DNA of 56,136 bases from Prasinococcaceae sp. CCMP 1430 (taxonomy: Eukaryota > Plantae > Prasinodermophyta): NCBI GenBank assembly GCA_013416795.1, contig RQSC01001138.1, forward strand, positions 1 through 56,136, in the 5' to 3' direction. Both the position numbers and the translations under genes were made by a program. Positions 34,254 through 44,631 of this stretch are shown piece after piece. The notes below the pieces were generated by a model, which saw only the letters and a program-made list of their open reading frames with translations, was not told the DNA's origin and did no database searches. Positions within the stretch are counted from its first letter, which is position 1. Each line of letters opens with the position of its first letter.

Positions 34254-34913
34254 NNNNNNNNNNNNNNNNNNNNNNNNNNNNNNNNNNNNNNNNNNNNNNN
34301 NNNNNNNNNNNNNNNNNNNNNNNNNNNNNNNNNNNNNNNNNNNNNNNNNNNNNNNNNNNNNNNNNNNNNNNNNNNNNNNNNNNNNNNNNNNNNNNNNNNN
34401 NNNNNNNNNNNNNNNNNNNNNNNNNNNNNNNNNNNNNNNNNNNNNNNNNNNNNNNNNNNNNNNNNNNNNNNNNNNNNNNNNNNNNNNNNNNNNNNNNNNN
34501 NNNNNNNNNNNNNNNNNNNNNNNNNNNNNNNNNNNNNNNNNNNNNNNNNNNNNNNNNNNNNNNNNNNNNNNNNNNNNNNNNNNNNNNNNNNNNNNNNNNN
34601 NNNNNNNNNNNNNNNNNNNNNNNNNNNNNNNNNNNNNNNNNNNNNNNNNNNNNNNNNNNNNNNNNNNNNNNNNNNNNNNNNNNNNNNNNNNNNNNNNNNN
34701 NNNNNNNNNNNNNNNNNNNNNNNNNNNNNNNNNNNNNNNNNNNNNNNNNNNNNNNNNNNNNNNNNNNNNNNNNNNNNNNNNNNNNNNNNNNNNNNNNNNN
34801 NNNNNNNNNNNNNNNNNNNNNNNNNNNNNNNNNNNNNNNNNNNNNNNNNNNNNNNNNNNNNNNNNNNNNNNNNNNNNNNNNNNNNNNNNNNNNNNNNNNN
34901 NNNNNNNNNNNNN
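34254..34913. other. Assembly gap (660 N)
   Basis: N run. Confidence 1.
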
Positions 34914-36370
34914 CGCGCGCCCGGGCGCGGCGCGCCCAGAGGATGCGCCGGCGATGCGCCACGCGGGCGGTGTCCCCGCCGGGCGCGGAGGACGTGCTCC
35001 AGGACCTCTTCGCCGAGCCCCAGTGGCGCAAAGACGTCTCCGAGGAGGAGCCCAGGGGCTTCGTCCCGTCTACCCCAGCGCAGGCGATGCCCGGCGCGCA
35101 GAGGAGGCTCGACTTGCAGGTGCGCGCAGCGTGCCCCGAGCGAGTGCGAAGCCCGCCCGCGTGGCCCGCGCGGGTTGCCCAGCGCGCGCGCGCGCGAGAG
35201 AGAGAGAGCGGCGCGGGAGCTCGCCTCGCGCCATGCGCGACGCGCGCCTGCCATGCCACGTCATGCCTGCCGGGCCGCGCGCGCCGTGCGCGCGCGGGCC
35301 CGGTCGCTGCGATGCACTAAGGGCGTAGCGCCCTCGCGTGCGAACCCTACGCGATGCTGACGTCGCCCGCGCCGCGCGTCCCGCCTCTTGGACCCTCGGC
35401 CCACGCGTCGCCCGCGCCCGCCCCTTTCGCGTTCTCGCAGGAGGGACTGGTCGACGACCAGACGCTCGGCAACCCGCTGCAGCGTCTGGAGCGTCTCGGT
35501 ACAGGCTGGATCGGCGCGGTGTTTGACTGGGAGGGCGTGCTGGTGGAGAACTGGCCCGACGCGCACCGGCAGGCGTGGCTCCTCCTGGCGGAGGAGGAGG
35601 ACAAGAGGCTTCCCATGGCATTCGAACTGCAGCGTTCGGACGGAATGAAGGCGGAGCAGGTCATCTCGGAGGTGTTCTGCTGGGCGCGCGACCCCAGCGA
35701 GGTGCGGCGGTTGGCGACCCGCAAGCACGAGCTCGTCAATGCGCTCGTGGTCGCAGAGCAGCAGGGTGGCACCGAGCCCGACCTCACGAAGATCAGCGGG
35801 ACCGCCGACGGCGCGCACGCACAGCAGCTCCCTGAGTTCCGCGAGCGACCTGGCGCGCGGCAGCTCCTGGGGGCGCTGAGCAACGCCGGCGTGCCGGTCA
35901 CCATCGGGTGCTGTGCGCCGCGCGATGAGGTGGAGCGCGGGCTCAAGCAGCTCGGCCTCGAGGACTTCTTCCAGGACCAGGGCATCATTGCGGCGGAGGA
36001 CGTGCAATACGGCAAGCCCGACCCCGAGTGCTACTTGTACGCCGCGCAGCTCCTCGAGCGGCCGCCCTTGCGCTGCGTCGTGTTCGGGTCGGACAACAGG
36101 GCCATCGAGGCCGCCAAGGACGCCCAGATGAAGACGGTGGCCGTGTCGGGCACGCGCCCGCACTACGAGCTCGCGTCGGCGGACACCGTCGTGCGCGAGC
36201 TGGGCGAGCTGTCCGTGTCCAATCTGAAGAACCTCTTCAGCCTCGAGGAGTTGAGGGACCCCGACGAGATCGAGCCCGAGTTCGAATTGGAGCCCGAGGT
36301 CGACGAGCCGTGGGTCCAAACAACGTATGCCGACCCTGAAGACTCCAACGGCGGTGGCTACTGGGGCTGA
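34914..36370 (+). CDS. Plastid HAD-superfamily phosphatase (PyrP2/ArPP-like); exons ..35119, 35441-36370; start probably in the gap
   Basis: LGNPLQRLERLGTGWIGAVFDWEGVL, GMKAEQVISEVFCW, GKPDPECY, CVVFGSDN; phase-0 intron. Confidence 0.85.
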
Positions 36371-36867
36371 GCGCGCAAGTGCGCTCGCGCGAGCTGCCGG
36401 CCTCGCCAATGATTCGTAGGGTCGCCTTGCCAGGCGCACCAAGTACGGCCCTCTTTGTGCAGTATGTTGCAGAGTATACGTGTGGAAGAAGTGTAAAACG
36501 TGTTGCGGCCTCATTGGCCTTGTACTCATCGCCCAGCTTCGCGGCCTCGCCCCTGCCGCCCCTGCCGCCCCGATCGCAACTCCTCCAGCGAGCGGCGCGC
36601 CCTCCAACCCTGGCGCCTCGCACGCAACTCCACGCAGTCCCAACACGCTCGCACGAGCGCGTCTGCTGACAGCCTCCGCCGTGTTTTTTTTTTCTTCCAA
36701 ATCGTGACGAACTTCAGTGACTTCTGACTGCTTCGTCCCTGACGTGAGAGAGAGAGAGAGAAAAAAAAAGAGTGAGAGGAGCTTGATGAGTGAGGGGAAG
36801 TCTGGCGCGCGTGTGCGCGCTCCCCGCGCCACAGCGCGCGCGCCGGGGAGCCGCGCCCTCGGTCGCC

Positions 36868-37446
36868 ATGCGCGTCCGCTCGGCCGTGCGCCGCGTGTGC
36901 GAGTGTTGCCGCATCGTTCGACGCAAGGGCCGCCTCTACGTGTACTGCAGCAAGAACCCGCGCCACAAGCAGCGTCAGGGGTTCGCGACGATGGCGCACG
37001 CTGCGCTCGCCGACACGCAGCAGTGCTCTGGGAGTGGGTGCGGCTGCGGCTGCGCGCCCGCCGGTGCACACCCGGCCGCGGCCGCGGCGCTACTGGAAAG
37101 GTGTGTGCAATGCGTCTGCGAACGGGACGCGAACCGACCGCGCCGCCCCCTCGCCCGTGGGCTCCGTGCTGCGTGCGCTCACGGCCCATGCTCAGTCGAT
37201 GCGGTAGTTAGGTTTAGTGTTGCGGCAAGCTCCGTCGCGGCGGGCCGCTTGGCTGACGCGTGCGTACCCCTCACCTCCTCCCCCCCCCGTCCGTTTTTCC
37301 GCACGCGGGACTGCAGCGCCGCCTCGTCTCAACAGCAGCCCGCGTGGGAGACCGCCGTGCTGGAGCCGCTCGCGCGCCAGCCCCGCCTCGCCGCGCGTCC
37401 GTGCGGCTGCTTCGCGGCGAGTGCGCCGTGCGTGCACCAGATGTAG
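36868..37446 (+). CDS. rpl36: Nuclear-encoded organellar (probably mitochondrial) ribosomal protein bL36 with C-terminal extension; exons 36868-37100, 37317-37446
   Basis: [38 protein letters not shown]. Confidence 0.88.
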   Translation: MRVRSAVRRVCECCRIVRRKGRLYVYCSKNPRHKQRQGFATMAHAALADTQQCSGSGCGCGCAPAGAHPAAAAALLERCVQCVCERDANRPRRPLARGLRAACAHGPCSVDAVVRFSVAASSVAAGRLADACVPLTSSPPRPFFRTRDCSAASSQQQPAWETAVLEPLARQPRLAARPCGCFAASAPCVHQM

Positions 37447-37591
37447 ATAGTTTCACAGATTTCCGCCCCGCGCATGTACCAAACAGTTTTCCCTCCCCGC
37501 TGCGCTGCGTGCGCGCGCCGCGCGCCCCGCCCCGCCCCGCCTCGCTCCCCGCCCACACACGCGCCCCGCCTCCGCCTCCGCCGCGTCGCTG

Positions 37592-38749
37592 GTGGGGGCT
37601 GGCCAGCGCCGGGGCGAGGCCGGGACGCGCAGGCGCAGGGCGCCAGCCGTGCGCGAAGGGGCCGCCTTCAGCAGCGCCACGGCGCCGGCGGTCGGCACGC
37701 TTTCGCGTGACGGCGAGGAGCGAGAGCTACGGCGACTATGGCTGGAGAGCATCATCGGGCGGCCTCTGCGCGCGAGCGAACACAAGCTGCTGAGCAGCTC
37801 GACGCCGGCGCTGCAGGAGAATGAGGCGGACATTAGCGACATGTTGTGCGAGGAGACAGTTGCGCGGCTGCTTGACAGGAATCCCAAGGTTTTGCAGATG
37901 AAACCCGGCACGCTGCGCAGCAAGCTGCGCTTCCTGGAGGATTCCTTCCCTTCGCTCGATGCGGGGGCGCTCGTCTTTCGAACGCCCCGTCTGCTCAACA
38001 TCGCCACGGGCAAGATTGCACGCAACGCCGCCGAGCTGTGCCAGCTGCTGCAGCTGCGTGACATCGACAACCTCGTGTGGCGCGCGCCGCACCTGCTTGC
38101 GCGAACGCCCACCACTCTCGAGGACAACCTCATGAAGCTCGCATACCTCCTGCAGCTCAATCAGCCTGATGCTATCAAGCTGGTCCAAAAGAATCCAGCT
38201 CTGCTCTTGTACTCTTCCGACGGCCTGGCGGAGAAGGTCCGTGCGGCCCAGGGAGCGGCCCTTTCCGTTGAGCCCCTCAGCGCGCGAGCACGACACTGAC
38301 GCGCGGCCCCCGCCCCCCCCCCCCCCCAGCTCTTCGCTCTTCGGGAGGTCCTCGGCGACGAGCGCGCGCGGGACGCAGTGTGGCGACAACCCATGCTGCT
38401 GGGCCTCTCTCCGGACACGCTGCGCCACCGCCTTGAGCGGCTGGGCTCGATCGCCAAGCGCGTGCCGCTTTGGCAGGAGCACTTCCTCCATGACTGCTCC
38501 CAAATTCTCGTGCGCCCGGAGACCCGCTATGTGCGTCTCGAGGACATCGCAGCGCACTACAGGCCGCTTGAGGACGTGACGAACACGATGGCGTCGCTGC
38601 TCGCATACCCAATGAAAGATTTCGCGCGGCTGAAGTACATCGAGTGGATGCCTGCCGCGCGGAGGCAGGCGTATGGCGCGGAGGAACACGAGGGGAACCA
38701 CACGGGTGGCGGCAACTCCGCTGGCGATGAGGCGGGCGACATTCGCTGA
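37592..38749 (+). CDS. mTERF-like protein (paralog 2); exons ..38236, 38330-38749; start uncertain
   Basis: Repeats [30 protein letters not shown]; phase-0 intron with CTGAC and a poly-C tract. Confidence 0.72.
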
Positions 38750-38824
38750 CACGCGCTCACGATTGTAGATTGTGTACAGAAAGGCATTGTTACAGTATGG
38801 TACACCAACACCGGGTCGCTCGCC

Positions 38825-40030
38825 TCAGAGGTCGGCCGCACACCTCGCGCCGTTGTTTGCGGCCGAGCTGTCCGCAGTGTTGGCCGTGCGCGCCGAGATG
38901 CGATACCTGTAGCAATAGCTTGCGTGGCACATATAGCTGCCGCCCTTCTGCGCGTAGCGTGGACCACCGGCATCAGCTGCTCCAGGCGGAGGCGGCCGCG
39001 AATGAGGGCCACGGTCCTCGAAGACCGTCGAGGTCCACTCCCACACGTTGCCGGCCATGTCGTACAAGCCGAAGCCATTCGGAGGGTAGCTTTTGACCGG
39101 CGCGATGAATTGGTGGCCGTCCGGGGGCGGCACCGCCGGCGCGTCGGGGAAGCGCCCCTCGAAAGTGTTGGCGCGGGCTGCGAGATGCTCCGCGCCGCCA
39201 TTGTTTCCCCACGGGTACTTCCTGCCCACTTTGCCCCCGCGCGCTGCATATTCCCACTCTGCCTCGGTTGGCAGCCGGCGCCCCGCCCATGTGCAGAACG
39301 CCGCAGCGTCGTTCCACGATATGTGCGACGCGGGCTCGTCAGCGCGACCGCCGTTGCCGGGCAGCCGCGATGTCAGCTGCTCCGCGTCGTCACGCTCCGC
39401 AGGCACAGGCCCCTCCGGCGCGCGCCAGCTCGCGCCGTCCACTGGTAGCCACCATTCGGCGCCCTGCACCGCGCTCGTGATGCTCTCCTCGAGCTCAGCG
39501 GGCAGCTGCGCGACGAATACAAAGCTCCAACCGTAGCGCTCGGCGTCTGTAACGTACCCCGTCGCCTCGACGAACGCCGCAAATGCTGCGTTGGTCACCT
39601 CGGTCTCCTCCAGCGCAAATGGCGCGAGCTCGACGTCAAACGGCGGTCCCTCAAGGTCAGCCGCATACGTGCTCGCAGCGCGATACTCGCTGGGGGGTGG
39701 CGCGTCCGTGCCAACGGCAAAAGGCCCACCGGTGAGCGGCACGAGGCGCGCAAGCGCGGGATGGAAGGCTCCGGCGCCGGCGCTCGCATCATCTGCGCCC
39801 GTAACGCCTCCCGCAGCGCCCGGCATTTCTGTCGCTGCGCTCGCTTTCGTGGAGCGTGCCGTCGCCGCGCCGCAGCTGCAGCTCTCCTCGCCGCCGCCCG
39901 CACTGCTGTCCGCAACGCACGTCTCTGCCTCGTTGGCGCGTGCGAGGGAAGGCCCGCTGTTGGCTGCAGCAACTGCCAACAGCACAGCCAGTAGCGCGAG
40001 CTGGGCCATTCGAACCTGCACCGCAGCCAT
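38825..40030 (-). CDS. SUMF1: Formylglycine-generating enzyme (SUMF1/FGE) with signal peptide
   Basis: EVTNAAF, YVTDAERYGWSFVF, RLPTEAEWEYAARGG, GLYDMAGNVWEW, KGGSYMCHASYCYRYR (both active-site Cys present). Confidence 0.9.
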   Translation of the reverse strand: MAAVQVRMAQLALLAVLLAVAAANSGPSLARANEAETCVADSSAGGGEESCSCGAATARSTKASAATEMPGAAGGVTGADDASAGAGAFHPALARLVPLTGGPFAVGTDAPPPSEYRAASTYAADLEGPPFDVELAPFALEETEVTNAAFAAFVEATGYVTDAERYGWSFVFVAQLPAELEESITSAVQGAEWWLPVDGASWRAPEGPVPAERDDAEQLTSRLPGNGGRADEPASHISWNDAAAFCTWAGRRLPTEAEWEYAARGGKVGRKYPWGNNGGAEHLAARANTFEGRFPDAPAVPPPDGHQFIAPVKSYPPNGFGLYDMAGNVWEWTSTVFEDRGPHSRPPPPGAADAGGPRYAQKGGSYMCHASYCYRYRISARTANTADSSAANNGARCAADL

Positions 40031-40648
40031 CGAGTGGGTCGAAGGGTCGCAGAGGCGCGCAGAGAGCGAGGGCGCAGCGCGCGCGAGGCGCGCGCGCTGT
40101 GGCGCAGAAAGCACATTTGCACGAAGCGCGTCTTCGTGCGGCGCCCCACCGGGACCGGCGCCACACTGCGCGCGCAAAGCGCCCACCGCCAGAGAGCGAG
40201 ATTGCGGGCCTGAGTGAGGAAAAAGCACCAAGGGTGGAGCGCTGCATACGACCCCGTGCCCTCCCGAGCCCGGCGCCCGCGCGTCGCCGGTCCGCGTAGC
40301 AGGCTCGCACGTGGCCCACTCTGACGCTACGGGGCCGGGCGAGGGCAAAGGGATTGGGTGGGAGGCCGAAAGCCAGCGCGCCATCTTGCGTGAGCCAAGA
40401 CGCTCAGTAGGGCGGCCCCAGGGCGAGTGAGACGCACGGGCGCGCCCTGAGAGTGGCGGGTGGACGGGTGGCGGGGAGTTGCGGGCGTGGGAGGGAGGGG
40501 AGTAGCAAGCGCGCGCGACAGAGACCATACCCTGGCACATGCACTGCCCAAGGCACTGAGGGCAAGCTCGAGCGCAGCAGCTGAACGTGTGTGCGTGGTC
40601 GTGCGCGGGTAAAGGGCGGGAGGGCGGGTTGAAGGGGGAGCGGGGGGG

Positions 40649-41107
40649 ATGGCGTCGCCGTCAGTCGCGGCTGTTGCCGTGATATCTGCCGACAACACGC
40701 CGCGCTTCATCGAGACGTACACGGACGGCAATAGCGACGCCGCGCTCGCGCTGCACTCCGCGTGCTACTCCGCACTCGACGTCGTTGACGAGCGCGTTGC
40801 CGCTGCGCGGGTGCGCGGCAGCGGATCGGCAGCGGCAATCGCCGATTGCTACTTGGGTGAGCTGCTGCCGCTCGAGGAGCACGTCGTGCACGGCTACCTC
40901 ACGCCGACATGGGTGAAAATCATGCTGGTGGTGGGTGACGAAGTGCCGCTGCAGCCCGCAGATGCACGCCGCATCCTAGGAGAGCTACACACCGCGTATG
41001 CGCGCGCCGCTGCCGCCGCGCCGCTTGGCGGCGATGCCTTCGCCCCCAAGGGTGCATTCGCTCGCGCGGCGCGCGAGGCCGTCGCCCTCGCGCCGCGCCG
41101 CGCGTAG
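40649..41107 (+). CDS. TRAPPC2L: TRAPP subunit, sedlin family (TRAPPC2L-like)
   Basis: AVAVISADNTP, SALDVVDER, YLGELLPLEEHVVHGYLTPTWVKIMLV. Confidence 0.8.
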   Translation: MASPSVAAVAVISADNTPRFIETYTDGNSDAALALHSACYSALDVVDERVAAARVRGSGSAAAIADCYLGELLPLEEHVVHGYLTPTWVKIMLVVGDEVPLQPADARRILGELHTAYARAAAAAPLGGDAFAPKGAFARAAREAVALAPRRA

Positions 41108-41285
41108 TCCCAACACAGACCCTCGCCTACACACATGTGAGGATGTATGTACTGTACTGTACTCTCTTGTCATCTACGCGCCTTGCTCGCTCGCCGCGCC
41201 CCACCTCGCCTGACGCCTCTACGCGGCACACGTGCACTTGTGGGTTGCGATCGCAGAGCATCGGGATTTAGGCAACGACAGGGAG

Positions 41286-42808
41286 CTATGGGGTGGCATG
41301 CGACGACGCGGCGGTCGAAAAATCGCCAGGCACCGCATGTGCCGGCGACTTGAGCTCGGACTCGTTGGCAACGTCACCGCCCCCGGCGGGGTCGGTGCTG
41401 CGGAGGATGTCCTGTGCACGCGCGCGCGTGCGTTCGCGCATGGCAGCGTCAGTACAAAGATGAGCCGCGAGCCACGTCGCATCTTCGCTCGCCCGCGCGT
41501 GCGCACGCTGGCGCAGGCGAGCGCGTTCGCACGTGCGCTCGCTCGCACTACCTGCAGCATCTCCCTGCGCTGCCTGTACTGTGAGAGCTGGAGTGACGAG
41601 AATTGCGCGAGAGCCTCGTGGCCCTGAAGTGACAGCTGACGCTCCGCTTCCACCTCGGCGAGCCGACGCTGGGCGGCACGCGCCTCCTCCAACGCCTTGG
41701 TGTGTTCGGCCTCGAGTGCCCGAACCTTGTCCGCGACAGCCTCCCCAGCAGCATCTGCAACCTTCACGGCCCCAGTCAGCGTTTCCAGCCGCACCATGGC
41801 GGACGAGAGCATCACTGTGAGCTCGTCACGCTGTGAGGTAAGATTGGCCACCGCATCACCAAGCGCCCGGCGCTCTGCGCGCGCGCGCTGTTCGAAGTCG
41901 TCAAGGCATGCCTCCAGCTGGGCGTTGGACCTGTCGCGTTCTGACACGCACTCCTTGAGCGCCGCCACTTCTGCCTTCAGCCTCCCCACCTCGAGCGCGG
42001 CCGAGCTTGCCTTGCTGCGCGCGTCCACAGCCGCGCGGCGTTCTTGCTCTGCCGCGCGCCGCAATCGCACGCGCTCGCGCGCGGTCTCCGCCTCAGCCTC
42101 CTTAGCAGCGCGTTCCACAGCGCGGCAGCGGCGCAGCCAGAACGCGCTCGACTCGCCGCTGTTGTCGCCATACGCGGCGCCCCGAACACGTTGCACGGGC
42201 GCGCCCCCTGCGCCGCTGCTTCTCACACCCCCAGCCTTCGCCACCGCAATCTTCGGGCGCTTTTTCTTGACCACGGCGCGGCGCGGTGGTGCTTCCACCA
42301 CCTCTGCCGCCGCCTGCACGTCGCTGATTGGCAGCGATGCCGGAATCACCATCGTGTTTGCGGCGCCTCCATGCGCACGTGCGCTCGCGCGCGAGGGGGA
42401 CACCGCCGCGGCACACACCGCGGCCTCGCGCGCTGCGGTGGCAGCCGCGGTAGCCGCAGCCGAGGCGGCGGCGGCGACAGCGACCTCATCCACAGGGGGC
42501 GCCGGAGATGGTGCGCATTCAGAGGGCGCCGGCGCGGCGACGGCTGCTTGCACGTTGCTTCGCCCTTCAGCGAGCGCTCGGTCTATCTCGTTGCAGCGCT
42601 GAAGAATGTCTATCAGCTCGCCCTCCCAGCTGCTTGGCACGGGAGGTGGTGTCAACGCCTCACCTCTTCGCGCCCCAGCCTCATCCCTGGCTGGCGAGAG
42701 GGCCTGGCTCACCCGCGCAGCGCTGCTGCTCGCATCGGCCGCGTCGACGCCCAGGCGCGCGAGCCGCGCGCGCAGCGCCGCGATGTCCTCGGCGGCTGCG
42801 TCAGCCAT
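41286..42808 (-). CDS. Hypothetical coiled-coil protein; exons 42808-41552, 41411-41286
   Basis: Long heptad region (EVGRLKAEVAALKECVSERDRSNAQLE); phase-0 GT-AG intron. Confidence 0.6.
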
Positions 42809-43188
42809 GGCGCCCGCGGTGGGCGCGGAGCTCCCCTTCCGCCCGCTTCCGGACGAGACGCCGTCCGTCGCCCTCCCGCGCCCCCTCCCGTGCGTGCCTG
42901 CGTCGGATGGTGTGCCGCCTTCCCGCGGCTGGCGAGGTCGCAGCGCGGGCTCGAGCGTGCGTGCGTGCGCCCGTTTGAATACACCCACTGTGATGAAGGC
43001 AATGTCCCGTTTCGGTCGCGTGTGCAGACCTGGTTTGTTGCCACGGCAGCGCGCGCAACGCGCGAGTGGTCGCGCAGGAGGGGCGGGTTGAGGGAGAGGG
43101 GGAAGCGGGCGCTGGCCACACGTCGCGCGCGGCGCGCGTGCGGTGCCGCGGGTGCGCGCGGGCGCCCGACCGCGGCGCAGGAAGGGAC

Positions 43189-43839
43189 ATGGACTGGAGC
43201 TGCAAGGTGGCGCGCGCGCATCCGCGCCCGCGCCCGCGCGCGCCTTCGCCTCCCCTCGGCGCGCCTTCGCCTCCCCTGGGCGCGCTCGGGGCCGTGCTGG
43301 CGCATGCTCGCCCCCGTGCTTTCGCGGGCTCGCTTGTCTGCCGGGGTGCGTGCTCCCTCCTGGTAACCTGACCGCTCGTCGCTTCCACCCACCGCAACAC
43401 CTTCCCCATCCCCTACTGCCCATCGCGGTGCTCTCGCTTGTTCGCAGGCCATGCTCCAGGAGACGTTGCGCTGCCTGCAGAAGACGGAGGTGGACCTCGC
43501 GGTTGACGCCGAGGCGGTGAAGCACCACGTGTCGATGGCCATCGCCGAGTTCGACAGGCTACCGGGCAGGTGTACACGCTGCTGGGGCAAAGGGGTAATG
43601 AAGGTGCGCTGCCGCGAGGCCGTGGGCGCGCTGGTGCGTTGCGCGGGAGCAGGAGCTGATGCGGCCGGCCGCGCGTTCCCTCCCTCCCTTTCTCTGTCTC
43701 GCGCGCGCGTGTTCGAGTGAAGTGCCTCCTGTGCGGAGGCCAAGGCGAGATGATGCTACCTGAGCCGCAGGCGTGCTCGCGCTGCAAGGGCTGCTGCATC
43801 GAGCAGTGCACCGACTGCGCGGGCTACGGCATCTCGTAG
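43189..43839 (+). CDS. Small DnaJ-type zinc-finger (CxxCxGxG) protein; exons 43189-43206, 43448-43603, 43723-43839
   Basis: CTRCWGKG, CLLCGGQG, CSRCKG and CTDCAGYG after splicing; all introns phase 0; first exon tentative. Confidence 0.68.
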
Positions 43840-44019
43840 GAATGCTCTTTCCTGTATTGTAGCTTGGTATGCACGCACGCGGATGCCCAGCCACCCGCGC
43901 CAGCGCGAGCTCGCGCGCCAGCGCGGCACTCTGCAGCGCGGCTCTCCGAAGCGGACCGTATTATATCGACAGGGTCGCGCGCCCGCCCGTGCCCGCGCCC
44001 TGTCCCTCACCGTCCCTCT

Positions 44020-44630
44020 CTAGAACATGAGGTTGGCCGCCTGCGCCTTGCGCTTGGCCGCGCGGCTCTGGCGCGGCTTCACGCCCGCCTCGATCTCGCG
44101 CTCGCGCATGATGGTCTTGGCGATGGCGATGGTCTTCTTGAGCTTGCGGAAGTTGGAGGCGTTGAAGGGCTGGCGCAGCTGGCGCGCGAAGCGCATCTGA
44201 AGCTGCGTGCGGTTGGACTCCTCGATCACGGCCACGAGCTCCTGCGGGCGAGGTATGAGCGCGGCGCGGCAGGTGTGCGCAGCGGGCGACCGGACGCGCG
44301 GGCGCATCCACGAATGTGGCGTTGGGCGTCAGCCGATGCAAGGGGGCGACAGCAGAGGCCCTACCCAATGGCCCCGACCGCGCGAGGCACTGCGCAGCGC
44401 GCGCGGCGGTCCAGGCATCGACGTCGGCGCTGTGGCGGCGGCGCGCTCTCGCGCTCATCCCCGACGTAAACGCGCGCAGCAGGGTGCGCGTGCGGGCGCG
44501 GAGGGGACGCACCTCGTTCGACTTGGCGCGCAGGGCAGCGGCGTCGGGCATGGGAAGCGCGGGCGGGCGGGCGCCTCCTCGGCGTCACCCTCGGCGTCAC
44601 CCTCGGCGCGCACAGCGACCACGCGGCGCG
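44020..44630 (-). CDS. RPL29: Plastid ribosomal protein uL29; exons ..44513, 44241-44020; transit peptide cut at N 44631
   Basis: LRAKSNE|ELVAVIEE..FNASNFRKLKKTIAIAKTIMREREIEAG; upstream in-frame RRVVAVRAE resembles a transit-peptide cleavage region. Confidence 0.85.
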
Positions 44631-44631
44631 N

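Noticed and set aside
34914-35119. Post-gap exon as the BBS4 C-terminus
   Set aside because: Splices in phase to the HAD exon and reads as its transit-peptide region.
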